Assembly (NCBI GenBank): GCA_965227515.1
Contig: CBDDFZ010000002.1
Span: 416,001-480,000 of the forward strand
Direction: 5' to 3'
Length of the DNA stretch: 64,000 nucleotides
Origin: Alphaproteobacteria bacterium
GTDB lineage: Bacteria; Pseudomonadota; Alphaproteobacteria; CALKHQ01
Positions 31,059 to 41,357 of the stretch are shown here, one piece after another (positions within the stretch are counted from its first letter, which is position 1; the number at the start of each line of letters is the position of its first letter). A program made the position numbers and the translations under genes. Under the pieces are notes generated by a model. The model had not been told where the DNA came from. It saw only the letters and a list, made by a program, of their open reading frames with translations, and did no database searches.

Positions 31059-32918
31059 TCATCTCCTTCCGAACAGGCGTTCGATATCGGCGAGCTTGAG
31101 TTCGACGTAGGTCGGGCGGCCGTGGTTGCACTGCCCGGAATGCGGGGTCGCCTCCATCTGGCGCAGGAGCGCGTTCATCTCCTCTGCGTTGAGGCGGCGG
31201 CCGGAGCGCACCGAGCCATGGCAGGCCATGGTGCCGCACACGGTCTCCAACTTCTCGCGCAGCGCCAGGTGATCGCCCAGGCTGGCCAGTTCGTCGGCCA
31301 GGTCGCGGACCAGGCCCGCGGCATCGGTCACGCCGAGCAGCGCCGGCATCTCGCGCACCACGACGGCGCCGCTGCCGAACCGCTCCAGCACCACGCCGAG
31401 TTCCGCCAGCTCGTCGGCGCGAGCAGCCAGCCGGTCGGCGTCGGCCTCGTCCATCTCCACGACCTCGGGCAGCAGCAGGGCCTGGCGCGCGATGCCTGTC
31501 TCGGCCAGCGCCGCCTTCATGCGTTCGTAGACCAGGCGCTCGTGGGCGGCATGCTGGTCGACAATGACGATGCCGTCGGCGGTCTGCGCGACGATGTAGG
31601 TCTCGTGCACCTGGGCGCGGGCGGCTCCCAGTGGATGGTCTGCGCCATTGGTTGCGGGGGCGGCCTCGTCATCCGCCTCGACCCGCGCGCCGGGCGCGCC
31701 GCCGCCTGCATCCAGGGGCGCCTGATAGGCGTAGCTCGCCTCGGCAAGACCGCGCGCGACATGGCCGCCAATTTGGCCACCGCTGGAGGGCAGAAACGAA
31801 TATCCGCCTACCGCTGTCACCGGCTGCTGCGCTCCGTTGCCGGCGTGAAGTGCGCCAAGCGCGTCCCCCGCCACGGTGGTCGACGCGCGATGACCCGCCT
31901 GCGCCAGCGCATGCCTGAGCGCGGAGACGATCAGGCCGCGCACCAGGGCGGCATCGCGGAACCGCACCTCAGCCTTTGCCGGGTGGACGTTGACGTCGAC
32001 CATCTCCGGCGGCAGGTCCAGGAACAGGGCCACCATCGGGTGGCGGTCGCGGGCCAGGAAGTCCTGATAGGCGCCGCGCACCGCGCCCAGCAGCAGGCGG
32101 TCGCGCACCGCGCGCCGGTTGACGAACAGGTACTGCGCCTGCGCTGTCGCCCGGTTCAGGGTCGGCAGGCCTGCAAACCCGGCGAGCCGGATGCCCTCGC
32201 GCTCGGCGTGCACCGCGATGGCGTTGTCGGCGAAATCGCGGCCCAGCACCGCGCCCAGCCGGGCGAGGCCGGCCGCATCGTCGCTGGCGTCATCGTCGAC
32301 CGCCAGGTTTTGCGCGGCCGCCGGATAGTCGCGCTTGGTCTTGCCGTCGTCGCGCACCCGATAGCCGACATGGGGATTGGCCATCGCCAGCCGGTCGACG
32401 ATGTCGTTGATTTGGCCCAGTTCGGCCCGGTCCGACTTCAGGAACTTCAGCCGTGCCGGCGTGGCATAGAACAGGTCGCGGACCTCCACGGTGGTGCCGG
32501 CATCGCGCGCCGCCGGCACCGGCGCCCGGACCGCGCCGCCCTCGACCGTCAGCGCCCAGCCATTATCGTCATGCGCGCGGCGGGTGGTGATGGTCATCCG
32601 CGCCACCGCCCCGATCGAGGGCAGCGCCTCGCCGCGGAAGCCGAGATGGTGGATGTCGACCAGGTCGTCGTCGGGCAGCTTGGACGTGGCGTGGCGCTGC
32701 ACGGCAAGCGCCAGCATGTCCGGCCCCATGCCGGCACCATCGTCGCTGACCTGGATCGAGGCCTTGCCGCCGGCCCGCACCGCGATGTCGATCTGGCTGG
32801 CGCCGGCATCGAGCGCGTTTTCCACCAGCTCCTTCACCACGGCGGCCGGGCGCTCGATCACCTCGCCGGCGGCGATGCGGTTGACCAGGGTGTCGGGCAG
32901 GACGCGGATGCCGGTCAT
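31059..32918 (-). CDS. mutL: DNA mismatch repair endonuclease MutL
   Basis: [57 protein letters not shown]; true start MTGIRVL at 32918. Confidence 0.97.
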   Translation of the reverse strand: MTGIRVLPDTLVNRIAAGEVIERPAAVVKELVENALDAGASQIDIAVRAGGKASIQVSDDGAGMGPDMLALAVQRHATSKLPDDDLVDIHHLGFRGEALPSIGAVARMTITTRRAHDDNGWALTVEGGAVRAPVPAARDAGTTVEVRDLFYATPARLKFLKSDRAELGQINDIVDRLAMANPHVGYRVRDDGKTKRDYPAAAQNLAVDDDASDDAAGLARLGAVLGRDFADNAIAVHAEREGIRLAGFAGLPTLNRATAQAQYLFVNRRAVRDRLLLGAVRGAYQDFLARDRHPMVALFLDLPPEMVDVNVHPAKAEVRFRDAALVRGLIVSALRHALAQAGHRASTTVAGDALGALHAGNGAQQPVTAVGGYSFLPSSGGQIGGHVARGLAEASYAYQAPLDAGGGAPGARVEADDEAAPATNGADHPLGAARAQVHETYIVAQTADGIVIVDQHAAHERLVYERMKAALAETGIARQALLLPEVVEMDEADADRLAARADELAELGVVLERFGSGAVVVREMPALLGVTDAAGLVRDLADELASLGDHLALREKLETVCGTMACHGSVRSGRRLNAEEMNALLRQMEATPHSGQCNHGRPTYVELKLADIERLFGRR

Positions 32919-32929
32919 CTGGCGGCCCC

Positions 32930-33574
32930 TCAGCTCCTCAGTTCGCGCACGCCGTCGACGACCAGCTTGCCGCCGATGGCGCCAAAGATGGCGCCGAACG
33001 CGCCCTCGATCAGGCGGAAGAACCGGCCATAGGCGCGGACCGCGACACCGGTGGAAAACAGCATCGCATAGGCGCCGTAGACCAGCATGGCGGATGCCGA
33101 GGCGGCAATGCCAACCGCCAGGAACTGCCACGCGGTGAGCCCGAACGAGGCCAGGAACATGGAGACCGCCACCCACATCAGCGCCGCCTTCGGGTTGGTC
33201 AGGACGACGAGCACGCCGCGCCGCCAGGCAGCGCCGACTGACGGCATGTCCGCCCCGGCGATCCTGCCGGGCGTCTCGGTTGAGGGGCGAAGCGCGGCAC
33301 GCAGCGCGCGCAGGCCGAGATAGAGCAAGTAACCGCCGCCGATCAGCCGCATCGCGGTCAGCGTTTCCGGATAGGCGTCGAGCACCGCGCCGATGCCGAA
33401 GGCGAACAGGGTCGCCCACACCAGCACGCCGCTGGCGATGCCGGCGGCGGTCGCCAGGCCCGGCCGGCGCCCGGACGCCAGGGAGGCGGCGGCCACCGCC
33501 ATCATGTTCGGACCCGGCGTGATCTGGGCCAGCAGCACGCCCGCCACCAGGGTGAGGATTTCGGCCAGCGCCAT
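32930..33574 (-). CDS. LysE/RhtB family translocator
   Basis: [19 protein letters not shown]. Confidence 0.9.
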   Translation of the reverse strand: MALAEILTLVAGVLLAQITPGPNMMAVAAASLASGRRPGLATAAGIASGVLVWATLFAFGIGAVLDAYPETLTAMRLIGGGYLLYLGLRALRAALRPSTETPGRIAGADMPSVGAAWRRGVLVVLTNPKAALMWVAVSMFLASFGLTAWQFLAVGIAASASAMLVYGAYAMLFSTGVAVRAYGRFFRLIEGAFGAIFGAIGGKLVVDGVRELRS

Positions 33575-33631
33575 GGTTGTCTCTCGAGTCGACCTTCAGG
33601 CTTCAATCATAAGGCGCGCCGCGCGCGCTTC

Positions 33632-34453
33632 CTATCCTGCCCCTGTCCCGATCCACGCCGGGTCGACGTCGGGAAGCGGGATCGCGTCCAGCAGGCGGCG
33701 GGTATAGGGGTGTTGCGGCGCGGCGAAAATGTCCTCGCAGCGGCCCGCCTCCACCACCTCTCCGGCGTGCATCACCAGCACCCGTTCGCACAGCACGCGC
33801 ACCACCGACAGGTCGTGGCTGATGAAGATCAGCGCCAGCCCCATCTCGGCCCGCAGCCGGCGCAGCAGGGCCAGGATGGTCGCCTGGCTTGAGACGTCGA
33901 GCCCGGAGACGATCTCGTCGGCGACCACCAGCGCCGGCTCCAGCGCGATGGCGCGGGCGATGCCGACCCGCTGGCGCTGGCCGCCGGAGATCTCGTGCGG
34001 GTAGCGGTCGACCAGCGCGCCGGGCAGGCCGACGTGGTCCAGCAGGTCGAGCGCGCGCGCCCGGCGTTGCGACCGGGACGGTGGGCGACCGTTGGCGGCG
34101 CCGAAGGCGACCAGAGGCTGGGTGACGATGGTGCCGATGCGGTGGCGCGGGTTCAGGGCCGACAGCGGGTCCTGGAAGATCATCTGCATGGCGGCGCGCA
34201 TGGGCTGCAGGGCCGCTTCGTCGAGCGTGGCGATATCGCGGCCCTGGAAGCGGATGCTGCCGGCGGTGGGCCGGTAGAGCCGCATCACCGTGCGGCCGAG
34301 CGAGGTCTTGCCGGAGCCGCTCTCGCCGACCAGGCCGAGCGCTTCGCCCGCGTCGAGCGCGAACGAGATGTTCTTGAGGATCTCGACCATGCCGCCGCGC
34401 TTGGTGCGGTCGGGCAGCACCAGGCCGAGGTTGTGCACCTCAAGCAGCGGCAT
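33632..34453 (-). CDS. Oligo/dipeptide ABC ATP-binding protein (OppF/DppF-like), orphan
   Basis: GESGSGKT, FQDP..LNP, SGGQRQR, HPYTRRLL. Confidence 0.88.
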   Translation of the reverse strand: MPLLEVHNLGLVLPDRTKRGGMVEILKNISFALDAGEALGLVGESGSGKTSLGRTVMRLYRPTAGSIRFQGRDIATLDEAALQPMRAAMQMIFQDPLSALNPRHRIGTIVTQPLVAFGAANGRPPSRSQRRARALDLLDHVGLPGALVDRYPHEISGGQRQRVGIARAIALEPALVVADEIVSGLDVSSQATILALLRRLRAEMGLALIFISHDLSVVRVLCERVLVMHAGEVVEAGRCEDIFAAPQHPYTRRLLDAIPLPDVDPAWIGTGAG

Positions 34454-34590
34454 GGGCGGGAACGTGCAAAAGCGCGGCCATAAGGCCGCGCTTCGCACGG
34501 TCGGGCGTGCCGGTCAAGTGGGGGCTTCTGGCGTCCCCCTTGCCTGACCGGTGCGTGCGGCCACAACGCCCGACCGATTAAGGTTGGCGA

Positions 34591-36288
34591 TCAGAGGACC
34601 AGGTTCAGGTTCACCAGGTCCGCATCCATCAGGATGATGCCGTTGGCGTTGGCGTTGTAGTTCAGCAGCACCAGCGACAGCTCGTCATTGTGGTCGAACA
34701 CGTGAGTGTGCAGGCCGACCACGGCGTAGTTGTCGCCGACCACCACATCGAGCTCGGCGGCGTCGTAGTCGGACACATAGTCGACGCCGGTGCCTTCGCC
34801 GGCGACCCAGTACGACCAACCGGTCTCGGGCGAATAGGTCTGGGTCATGCCGCGGATGAACAGGTCAGCGCCTGCGTCGCCGGTCATCTCGTCGCCGTCG
34901 CCGCCACCGATCAGGATGTCGTTGTGCGACCCGCCCCACATCTGGTCGATGCCGGCGCCGCCGATCAGCACGTCCTCGCCTTCGTTGCCGTTCATGATGT
35001 CGCCGGCGCCGTCCCCGTCGCCATAGAAAAAGGGATCCTCGTCCTCGCCATCGGCGAAGTACTCGCCGCCGTCCCCGAACATCACGTCGTCACCGGAACC
35101 GCCGGTCATCTCGTCCGACCCGGTGCCCCCGAACATATGGTCGTCGCCCCACTGGCCGTACATGGTGTCGGCACCGTCGCCGCCGAACATGATGTCGCCC
35201 TGGTCGCCGCCGAACATGTCGTCGTCGCCATACTCGCCCAGCATGTAGTCGGCCCCGCCGTTGCCGAACAGCAGGTCGTCGCTGTGGTCGGCAACCAGCG
35301 GCCCATAGGCGATGCCGCCGAGCAGGAACATGCCGCCGAACACGAAGTCGTCGCCCGCGCCGCCGCTGGCGGTGTCGGCGCCATCGCCGCCGGCAACGAT
35401 GTCGTCGCCGTCGCCGCCACCGACATAGTCGATGCCGCCGTCGCCGATGACGACGTCGTTGTTGGCCTCGCCCAGCATGGTGTCGTCGCCGTCGTCACCG
35501 AACATGGTGTCGTCCTGGTTGCCGCCCCACATGTCGTCGTCGCCGAGCCCACCGAACATGAAATCGTCGCCGGACCCGCCCCACATCTGGTCGTTGCCTT
35601 CGCCGCCGAAGATGAAGTCGGCCTCGCTGTCGCCGTACAGGTGGTCGTTGCCGGTACCGCCATCGAGCAGGTCGGAGTCCTCGCCGCCATAGGCCGTGTC
35701 GTCGTCGTCGCCGGCAAAGATCCAGTCGCTGCCCTCGTCGCCCAGCACGGTGTCGTTGCCGTCGCCGGTGAGCACCAGGTCGTCGCCTTCGCCGGCGACC
35801 ACGAGGTCGTCGTCCTCGAACTGGAACGCGCCGTCCAGGTCCATGCCGGCCACGATCACGTCGTTGCCGCCGGCGCCGTAGATGGCATCGTTGCCGAGGT
35901 AGGTCTCGATGGTCTCGGCATTGTCGCTGGCGATGATGACATCGTGGCCATAGGTGCCCGTGATCGGCAGCAGCGCCTGGTTCAGGATCACAAGGTCGTC
36001 CGCGCCGTCCATGACGGTGTTGCGGTTGCTGCCGAGGATGTACTGGGGCCGATATGCCGCTTCCAGCTCGGTGCCGGGGTTCGCGGCAAGCCCGCCGCCG
36101 TCGTTGCCGACGACCGGCCCGGTGCCCGCGTCCGGCGCCGCCTGCGGTGCGTCATGGTTCATGATGATTTCCTGCACCAGGACGGTCTTGCCCAGCCCGG
36201 AACCCCCGGCTTGTCGGCGCGGATCGGTGTGCCAGGCGCCGATATCCGTCTCAAGGTTGGTGGCGGCAAGTTCGGTCGTGTGCGACAT
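34591..36288 (-). CDS. RTX/hemolysin-type Ca-binding repeat protein
   Basis: Many GGxGxDxUx nonapeptides; very acidic; no Sec signal; GGAG RBS. Confidence 0.88.
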   Translation of the reverse strand: MSHTTELAATNLETDIGAWHTDPRRQAGGSGLGKTVLVQEIIMNHDAPQAAPDAGTGPVVGNDGGGLAANPGTELEAAYRPQYILGSNRNTVMDGADDLVILNQALLPITGTYGHDVIIASDNAETIETYLGNDAIYGAGGNDVIVAGMDLDGAFQFEDDDLVVAGEGDDLVLTGDGNDTVLGDEGSDWIFAGDDDDTAYGGEDSDLLDGGTGNDHLYGDSEADFIFGGEGNDQMWGGSGDDFMFGGLGDDDMWGGNQDDTMFGDDGDDTMLGEANNDVVIGDGGIDYVGGGDGDDIVAGGDGADTASGGAGDDFVFGGMFLLGGIAYGPLVADHSDDLLFGNGGADYMLGEYGDDDMFGGDQGDIMFGGDGADTMYGQWGDDHMFGGTGSDEMTGGSGDDVMFGDGGEYFADGEDEDPFFYGDGDGAGDIMNGNEGEDVLIGGAGIDQMWGGSHNDILIGGGDGDEMTGDAGADLFIRGMTQTYSPETGWSYWVAGEGTGVDYVSDYDAAELDVVVGDNYAVVGLHTHVFDHNDELSLVLLNYNANANGIILMDADLVNLNLVL

Positions 36289-36671
36289 CGGATGGTCTCC
36301 TCGGATCTGCTCGTTCGTTCTTTGAAATTGAACGTTGTTTACTAACGGAGCAGTCGCATGCGGAGAGCTGTCGGTTCACGCCATTTCCAGGAAGCCCTGA
36401 AAAAGCCCATATTCGAAATCGGGCGCCGGATTTTCGTTTTCGCGCATGGACATGACGGCCGTGGGGGCGGCCGCGATAGCGGGGCACGAATGGCGTGCGA
36501 AAGGGGGCGCGGTCCTGCGTAGGAGCACCCGGGCCGCCCGAGCATCTTCTTGTTGCTCTTGGTGTCGGGCGGCCGGGTGCGTGCGCCGGCGATGGGAGGG
36601 AGCGGATCGCCTGCGCGGGTTCGATGTCGGCTGGATCAGGGCCAGCTAGCGTTGACCGAAGTGAACGCGCG

Positions 36672-38300
36672 CTAGCTGAGCAGGGCGCCGAAATCGATCA
36701 TGTCGGCACCGGCCAGGATCAGACCCTCGGTGTCGGCGTTGTGGTTCAGCAGCACCAGGGCCACATCGCCGTTGCCGTCCAGCACATGGGTGTCGGCACC
36801 GACGACGACGTAGCTCTCTCCGACGGCGATATCGTTGTCCGCGTACTGATAATCGTGGACGTAGTCGAAGCTGGCGCCGACCCCGACCTCATAGCTGCCG
36901 TCGGGCTGGCGGGCCACGCCGCGGACGAATACGTCTACGCCCTGGCCGCCATGCAGATCGTCGCCGTCGCCGCCGCCGAACAGGAAGTCGGCGCCGTCAC
37001 CGCCCCACATATTGTCGTGGCCTGCGCCGCCGACCAGGACGTCACGGCCTGCGGCACCATCGATGAAGTCATCGCCTCCGGGGCCCGGTCCGAAGTGGAA
37101 GTCGCCCGCCGCGCTGCCGTCGCTGAACAGATCCTTGCCGTCGCCGAGCAGCACATCGTTGCCGGTGCCGCCGTAGATCTCGTCGTTGCCGGTGCCGCCA
37201 ACAAGCGCATCGTCGTCCCATTGGCCATAGAGCGAGTCGTTGCCGGCGCCACCGATGGCGAGGTCGGCTCCGGTGCCGCCCATGATGAAGTCGTCACCGC
37301 CGTCGCCGATCATGATGTCATTGCCGGCGCCGCCATAGAACTCGTCATGGCTGTCGTCGTAGACCAGCGGTCCCACATGACCCTCCGTGCCGACAATGCC
37401 GCCGTACATCATGTCGTCGCCGTCGCCGCCGATCATCGTGTCGATGCCCAGGCCGCCGTACATGTAATCGTGGCCGTCGCCGCCGTTCAGATAGTCGCTG
37501 CCCTCGCCGCCGAACATGGCGTCGTTGCCGTCCTGGCCGAAGATCGCGTCGTCGCCGGCGTCGCCGGACATGAAGTCGGCCTCGTCGCCGCCGGCCATGT
37601 TGTCTTCGCCGTCGCCGCCGGACATGAAATCCTCGCCGGTGCCGCCGCTCATGGTGTCGTCGCCCTCGGCGCCGAACAGGATGTCGTCATCCTCCTTGCC
37701 CAGCAGATGGTCGTCGCCGGTGCCGCCGTAGAGCACGTCGTTGTTGAAGCCGCCATCCAGGTAGTCGTTGTCGGCGCCGCCGAACAACCAGTCGTCGCCC
37801 TCATCGCCAAATGCGGTATCCTCGCCGTCATACAGCAGGACCACGTCGTCGCCGGACCCGGCCGCCACCCAATCGTCGTCCGCGAACACGCCGCCTTGGT
37901 CCACACCGGCGATGATGATGTCGGCGCCGCCCTGGCCGAAGATGATGTCGTTGCCCTGGAAGGTCTGGATGTGTTCGGCCCAGTCACTGCCGACGACCAG
38001 ATCGTTACCGTCGGTGCCGTAGATGTAGACAAGCTCGATCCCGAAATCGACCTCCGCTGGCGGTAGGCCGGGCTCGAACTGGAATGGCACGGCATCCGGT
38101 CCGGCGGTGACGGCAGCAAGGTCCGTTGCGCGGCGCATCGCGCTGTCGTCGCTCTCGGCCGCCGCGAAATCGAAAAGGGCGTCGGCGCGGCCAATGCCGG
38201 AGTATTGCTCCGTTTCTCTTTGGGCCGTGCCGGACGCCAGGCTATCGCGACCGAGGTCGCTTTCCAGGCTGGTGGACAGCGCTGCGCTGAGGTGTTGCAT
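36672..38300 (-). CDS. RTX/hemolysin-type Ca-binding repeat protein (paralog of 34591..36288)
   Basis: GGxGxD repeats; shares GPLV.D.S.D insert and C-terminal DYV.DY...THV.D.N...LVLLN.NA..G.IL domain with neighbour. Confidence 0.88.
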   Translation of the reverse strand: MQHLSAALSTSLESDLGRDSLASGTAQRETEQYSGIGRADALFDFAAAESDDSAMRRATDLAAVTAGPDAVPFQFEPGLPPAEVDFGIELVYIYGTDGNDLVVGSDWAEHIQTFQGNDIIFGQGGADIIIAGVDQGGVFADDDWVAAGSGDDVVLLYDGEDTAFGDEGDDWLFGGADNDYLDGGFNNDVLYGGTGDDHLLGKEDDDILFGAEGDDTMSGGTGEDFMSGGDGEDNMAGGDEADFMSGDAGDDAIFGQDGNDAMFGGEGSDYLNGGDGHDYMYGGLGIDTMIGGDGDDMMYGGIVGTEGHVGPLVYDDSHDEFYGGAGNDIMIGDGGDDFIMGGTGADLAIGGAGNDSLYGQWDDDALVGGTGNDEIYGGTGNDVLLGDGKDLFSDGSAAGDFHFGPGPGGDDFIDGAAGRDVLVGGAGHDNMWGGDGADFLFGGGDGDDLHGGQGVDVFVRGVARQPDGSYEVGVGASFDYVHDYQYADNDIAVGESYVVVGADTHVLDGNGDVALVLLNHNADTEGLILAGADMIDFGALLS

Positions 38301-38496
38301 CTTTCTTGTCTCCCGGTGCGCGTATTTGTTTTTTCGTTGGCGCTTGTTGGTTTTCGAAAATGCAGTCGAGTGACGAAACGCACAGGTTCAAGGGAATTTG
38401 ACTGGAAGCCGAAAAAAGTTTTTCGCAATGCCGGAAAAGATGTTCGTTTGCGCGCATGGAAAATGGCGCGACCCCAGGCGGGCCGCGGGATTCCGC

Positions 38497-38508
38497 GTAA
38501 TCGATTAC
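38497..38508. promoter_or_regulatory. LacI-type operator-like palindrome GTAATCGATTAC
   Basis: Identical to 20447..20458, about 200 bp upstream of the RTX gene start. Confidence 0.5.
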
Positions 38509-38560
38509 AGACTGGGCGCGAAAAAAGAACGCCGGGACGGCCTGGTGCGGCGCCCGCCGC

Positions 38561-39232
38561 TCAGTCGACGCTCATCGCGAGGGTGCGGCTGATCGCGCTC
38601 ATCGGCAGGCCGCTTTCCGCGGCCCAGGTGTTGAACGCGGCCTGCACGGCCGCCAGGTCGCGCTTCGATGACGGCGGCTTGTCCACCACGCCGGCACCCA
38701 TCAGCGCCTTGACCACGTCGTTGGAAAGCACGAAGCCGTCGACGCCCATGAAGCGCAGGAAGTACTGCGCGGTGTTGCCGCCCAGCCGCTGCGCGCGCTT
38801 CTTCAGCACGTCGAGCAGGCCGACGAAATCGTCATCCGGCCAATCGGCAAAGAAACGTCCGGCGCTGCCGTGCTCCCTGGCCAAGTCGACGACGAACGTC
38901 GCGTTGTGGCGGGTCGCCGCCAGCTTCTTGCCGTGGCGGATCAGCCGCTTGTCGGAGACGCAGCGCTCCAGGTCCTCGTCACTCATCATCGCGACCCGGT
39001 GCGGGTCGAAGCCGTGGAACACTTCCTCGAAGTCGGGCCACTTCGCCTCCACCACCTTCCACACGAAGCCGGCGCGAAACACCGCCTTGGTCATCTCCGA
39101 CAGCCAGCGGTCGCTCGGGATGGCCGCCACCTCCTGCGCCGGCTTCGGCGGTGCCGGCAGCAACGCGTCCAGGGCCTTGGCGCCGCCCTTGCGGTCGGCC
39201 GCCCGCGCGTGAATTTCGCGGAATGGTGTCAT
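38561..39232 (-). CDS. DNA-3-methyladenine glycosylase I (Tag)-like protein
   Basis: Start MTPFREIH; VFRAGF.W.VVEAKW..F...F.GFDP, LIRH.KK..AT..NA, LGG.TAQYFLR..G.D. Confidence 0.8.
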   Translation of the reverse strand: MTPFREIHARAADRKGGAKALDALLPAPPKPAQEVAAIPSDRWLSEMTKAVFRAGFVWKVVEAKWPDFEEVFHGFDPHRVAMMSDEDLERCVSDKRLIRHGKKLAATRHNATFVVDLAREHGSAGRFFADWPDDDFVGLLDVLKKRAQRLGGNTAQYFLRFMGVDGFVLSNDVVKALMGAGVVDKPPSSKRDLAAVQAAFNTWAAESGLPMSAISRTLAMSVD

Positions 39233-39536
39233 GGCAGCCCTCGGATCGGCTGGGCGCGCGCGCCGGGAACAGGGCCCGCCCCGTGGTGTTGTGCTGATCG
39301 GCGGCCGGCGGTCCGGCCGCCGGTACGTCACGCAGGTCAGAATAGGTCGGTACCGCGTTGCCGTCGACGGTCGACGGCTTGGCGGTGCGGATGGCAATTG
39401 GCCGGCGCCGATCGGGGTCTGGCCCCGATCGAGGCTCGGCGTCAAACGCGATCTTGAGCTTTCACCCACTGACACGCTACCAGTGTGCCGTGCCACCGGC
39501 CGCCGTCCAGCGGTCGCGCGATGACGGAGGACGCGG

Positions 39537-40853
39537 ATGACATACACACACGAGATCAAGGGCTGCCTGGCGGAAGACGTCGGCGAGCGCGGCCTGGACA
39601 ATACGGCATGGCAGACCGCGCTGGCGGACGCGGAACATGCGCTGGAGCATCTGCGCACGCTGAAGTCGGACAAGGCGCTGCCGCTGCTCGACCTGCCGGC
39701 CGCGCGCGACGACCTGGAGCAGATGAAGCCGGTGGCGGCCCGCTTCCATGAGTATTTCGACGATGTCGTGGTGCTGGGCACAGGCGGGTCCAGCCTGGGC
39801 GGCAAGACGCTCTATGCCCTGGTCGACCAGGGCTTCGGCCCGGCCGCGGAAAACCCGCGCATGCACTTTCTGGACAATGTCGACCCGACGACCTTCCTGG
39901 CGCTGGACCGCGCGGTCGATTGGGAGCGGACCGGCGTGCTCGCGATCTCCAAGTCCGGCGGCACGGCGGAAACCCTGACCCAGATCATGAGCCTGTTTCC
40001 GCACCTGTATGCGGTGGCGGGACCGGACGGCGTGCGCGACCAGGTGGTGTGCATCACCGAGCCGGGCGCCAACCCGCTGCGCAATTTCGCCGAGCGGTTC
40101 CAGTTGCAGACGCTGGATCACGACCCGAAGGTGGGCGGGCGCTTCTCCGCCCTGTCGGTCACCGGCATGCTGCCGGCGATGATTGCCGGCGTCGATGTGG
40201 TGGCGGTGCGCGAAGGTGCGGCCGAAGTGCTGGACCAGGCGCTCGCGGCGACCAATGCGGAGGCTTGCCCGCCGGCGGCCGGTGCGGCGGCGGCGGTGGG
40301 GCTGATGCGCGCCCACGGCATCTCCATCAACGTGCTGATGCCCTATCTCGACGGCCTGGCCGACTTCGGCCTCTGGTTCCGCCAGCTCTGGGCGGAAAGC
40401 CTGGGCAAGAACGGCACCGGCCTGACCCCGATCCGGGCCATGGGCGCGGTCGACCAGCACAGCCAGCTTCAGCTCTATCTGGGCGGGCCGGCGGACAAGA
40501 TGTTCACCGTCATCCAGTCGGCGTGCCGCGGTACCGGCGAGGACGTGCCTGCCGACCTGGCCAACGATCCCAGCCTCAGCTACCTGGCCGGGCGCCTGAT
40601 GGGCGACCTGATGGACGCCATGCAGCGCGCCACCGCCGAGACCCTGATCAAGAACGGCCGCCCGACCCGCGTGATCGGCATCGACACGCTGGATGGCCGC
40701 ACCCTGGGCGCCCTGATGATGCACTTCATGCTGGAGACCATTTATGCCGCGCAGCTTCTGGGCGTGGATGCGTTCGACCAGCCGGCGGTGGAGGAGGGCA
40801 AGGTGCTCGCCCGCCAGTATCTGAGTGAGATCCCGCCGACCGAGGATGCATAA
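39537..40853 (+). CDS. pgi: Glucose-6-phosphate isomerase
   Basis: GTGGSSLG, SKSGGTAET, VGGRFS, QLWAESLGK, DQHS, FDQPAVEEGK. Confidence 0.95.
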   Translation: MTYTHEIKGCLAEDVGERGLDNTAWQTALADAEHALEHLRTLKSDKALPLLDLPAARDDLEQMKPVAARFHEYFDDVVVLGTGGSSLGGKTLYALVDQGFGPAAENPRMHFLDNVDPTTFLALDRAVDWERTGVLAISKSGGTAETLTQIMSLFPHLYAVAGPDGVRDQVVCITEPGANPLRNFAERFQLQTLDHDPKVGGRFSALSVTGMLPAMIAGVDVVAVREGAAEVLDQALAATNAEACPPAAGAAAAVGLMRAHGISINVLMPYLDGLADFGLWFRQLWAESLGKNGTGLTPIRAMGAVDQHSQLQLYLGGPADKMFTVIQSACRGTGEDVPADLANDPSLSYLAGRLMGDLMDAMQRATAETLIKNGRPTRVIGIDTLDGRTLGALMMHFMLETIYAAQLLGVDAFDQPAVEEGKVLARQYLSEIPPTEDA

Positions 40854-40884
40854 AGCTGCGCGGCGGGTGAGGGGGAATGTGGCG

Positions 40885-41310
40885 ATGATCAAGATCTTTG
40901 CCGCCGCAGCGCTGATGCTGGCGCTCGGCTCATGCCAATCGGGAAGTGGTGGTGGCAACAGCCAGACTTTGACCACGCCACCCGGGACGACTGGGCAGTC
41001 GAATTACATCCCGATCCGTTTCGAGAGCCAGACCGCGACCGCAGATGAGCGCGCCGCTTGCGAGGCTGCCGGCGGTGAAATCCAACAAGGCGGCCTGCTC
41101 GGCGGGGAGATCTGCGTGCAGACGTTCGCCGATGCCGGCCAGAGCTGCACCGATTCCAGCCAGTGCATGGGGCTTTGTCTGGCCGCCGGGGACTTTGTCG
41201 TCGGCAACAGCCAGCCTGTCACCGGCCAGTGCAAAGCCGACGACAATCCATTCGGCTGCTACCAGGAGGTTGAGAATGGGTCCCCGCTGGGCGCATTGTG
41301 CGTCGACTAG
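40885..41310 (+). CDS. Cys-rich lipoprotein of unknown function
   Basis: Start MIKIFAAA; lipobox LGSC; eight further Cys (C..AGG, DAG.SC.D.SQC.G.C, G.C, FGC, LCVD). Confidence 0.75.
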   Translation: MIKIFAAAALMLALGSCQSGSGGGNSQTLTTPPGTTGQSNYIPIRFESQTATADERAACEAAGGEIQQGGLLGGEICVQTFADAGQSCTDSSQCMGLCLAAGDFVVGNSQPVTGQCKADDNPFGCYQEVENGSPLGALCVD

Positions 41311-41357
41311 CGGACAACGAAGCCGCATACGCGAGACATGCTAGCCGGGGGGACGCG

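Noticed and set aside
34591-38300. Pore-forming RTX toxins
   Set aside because: No hydrophobic pore domain, acyltransferase or T1SS genes; only Ca-binding repeats.
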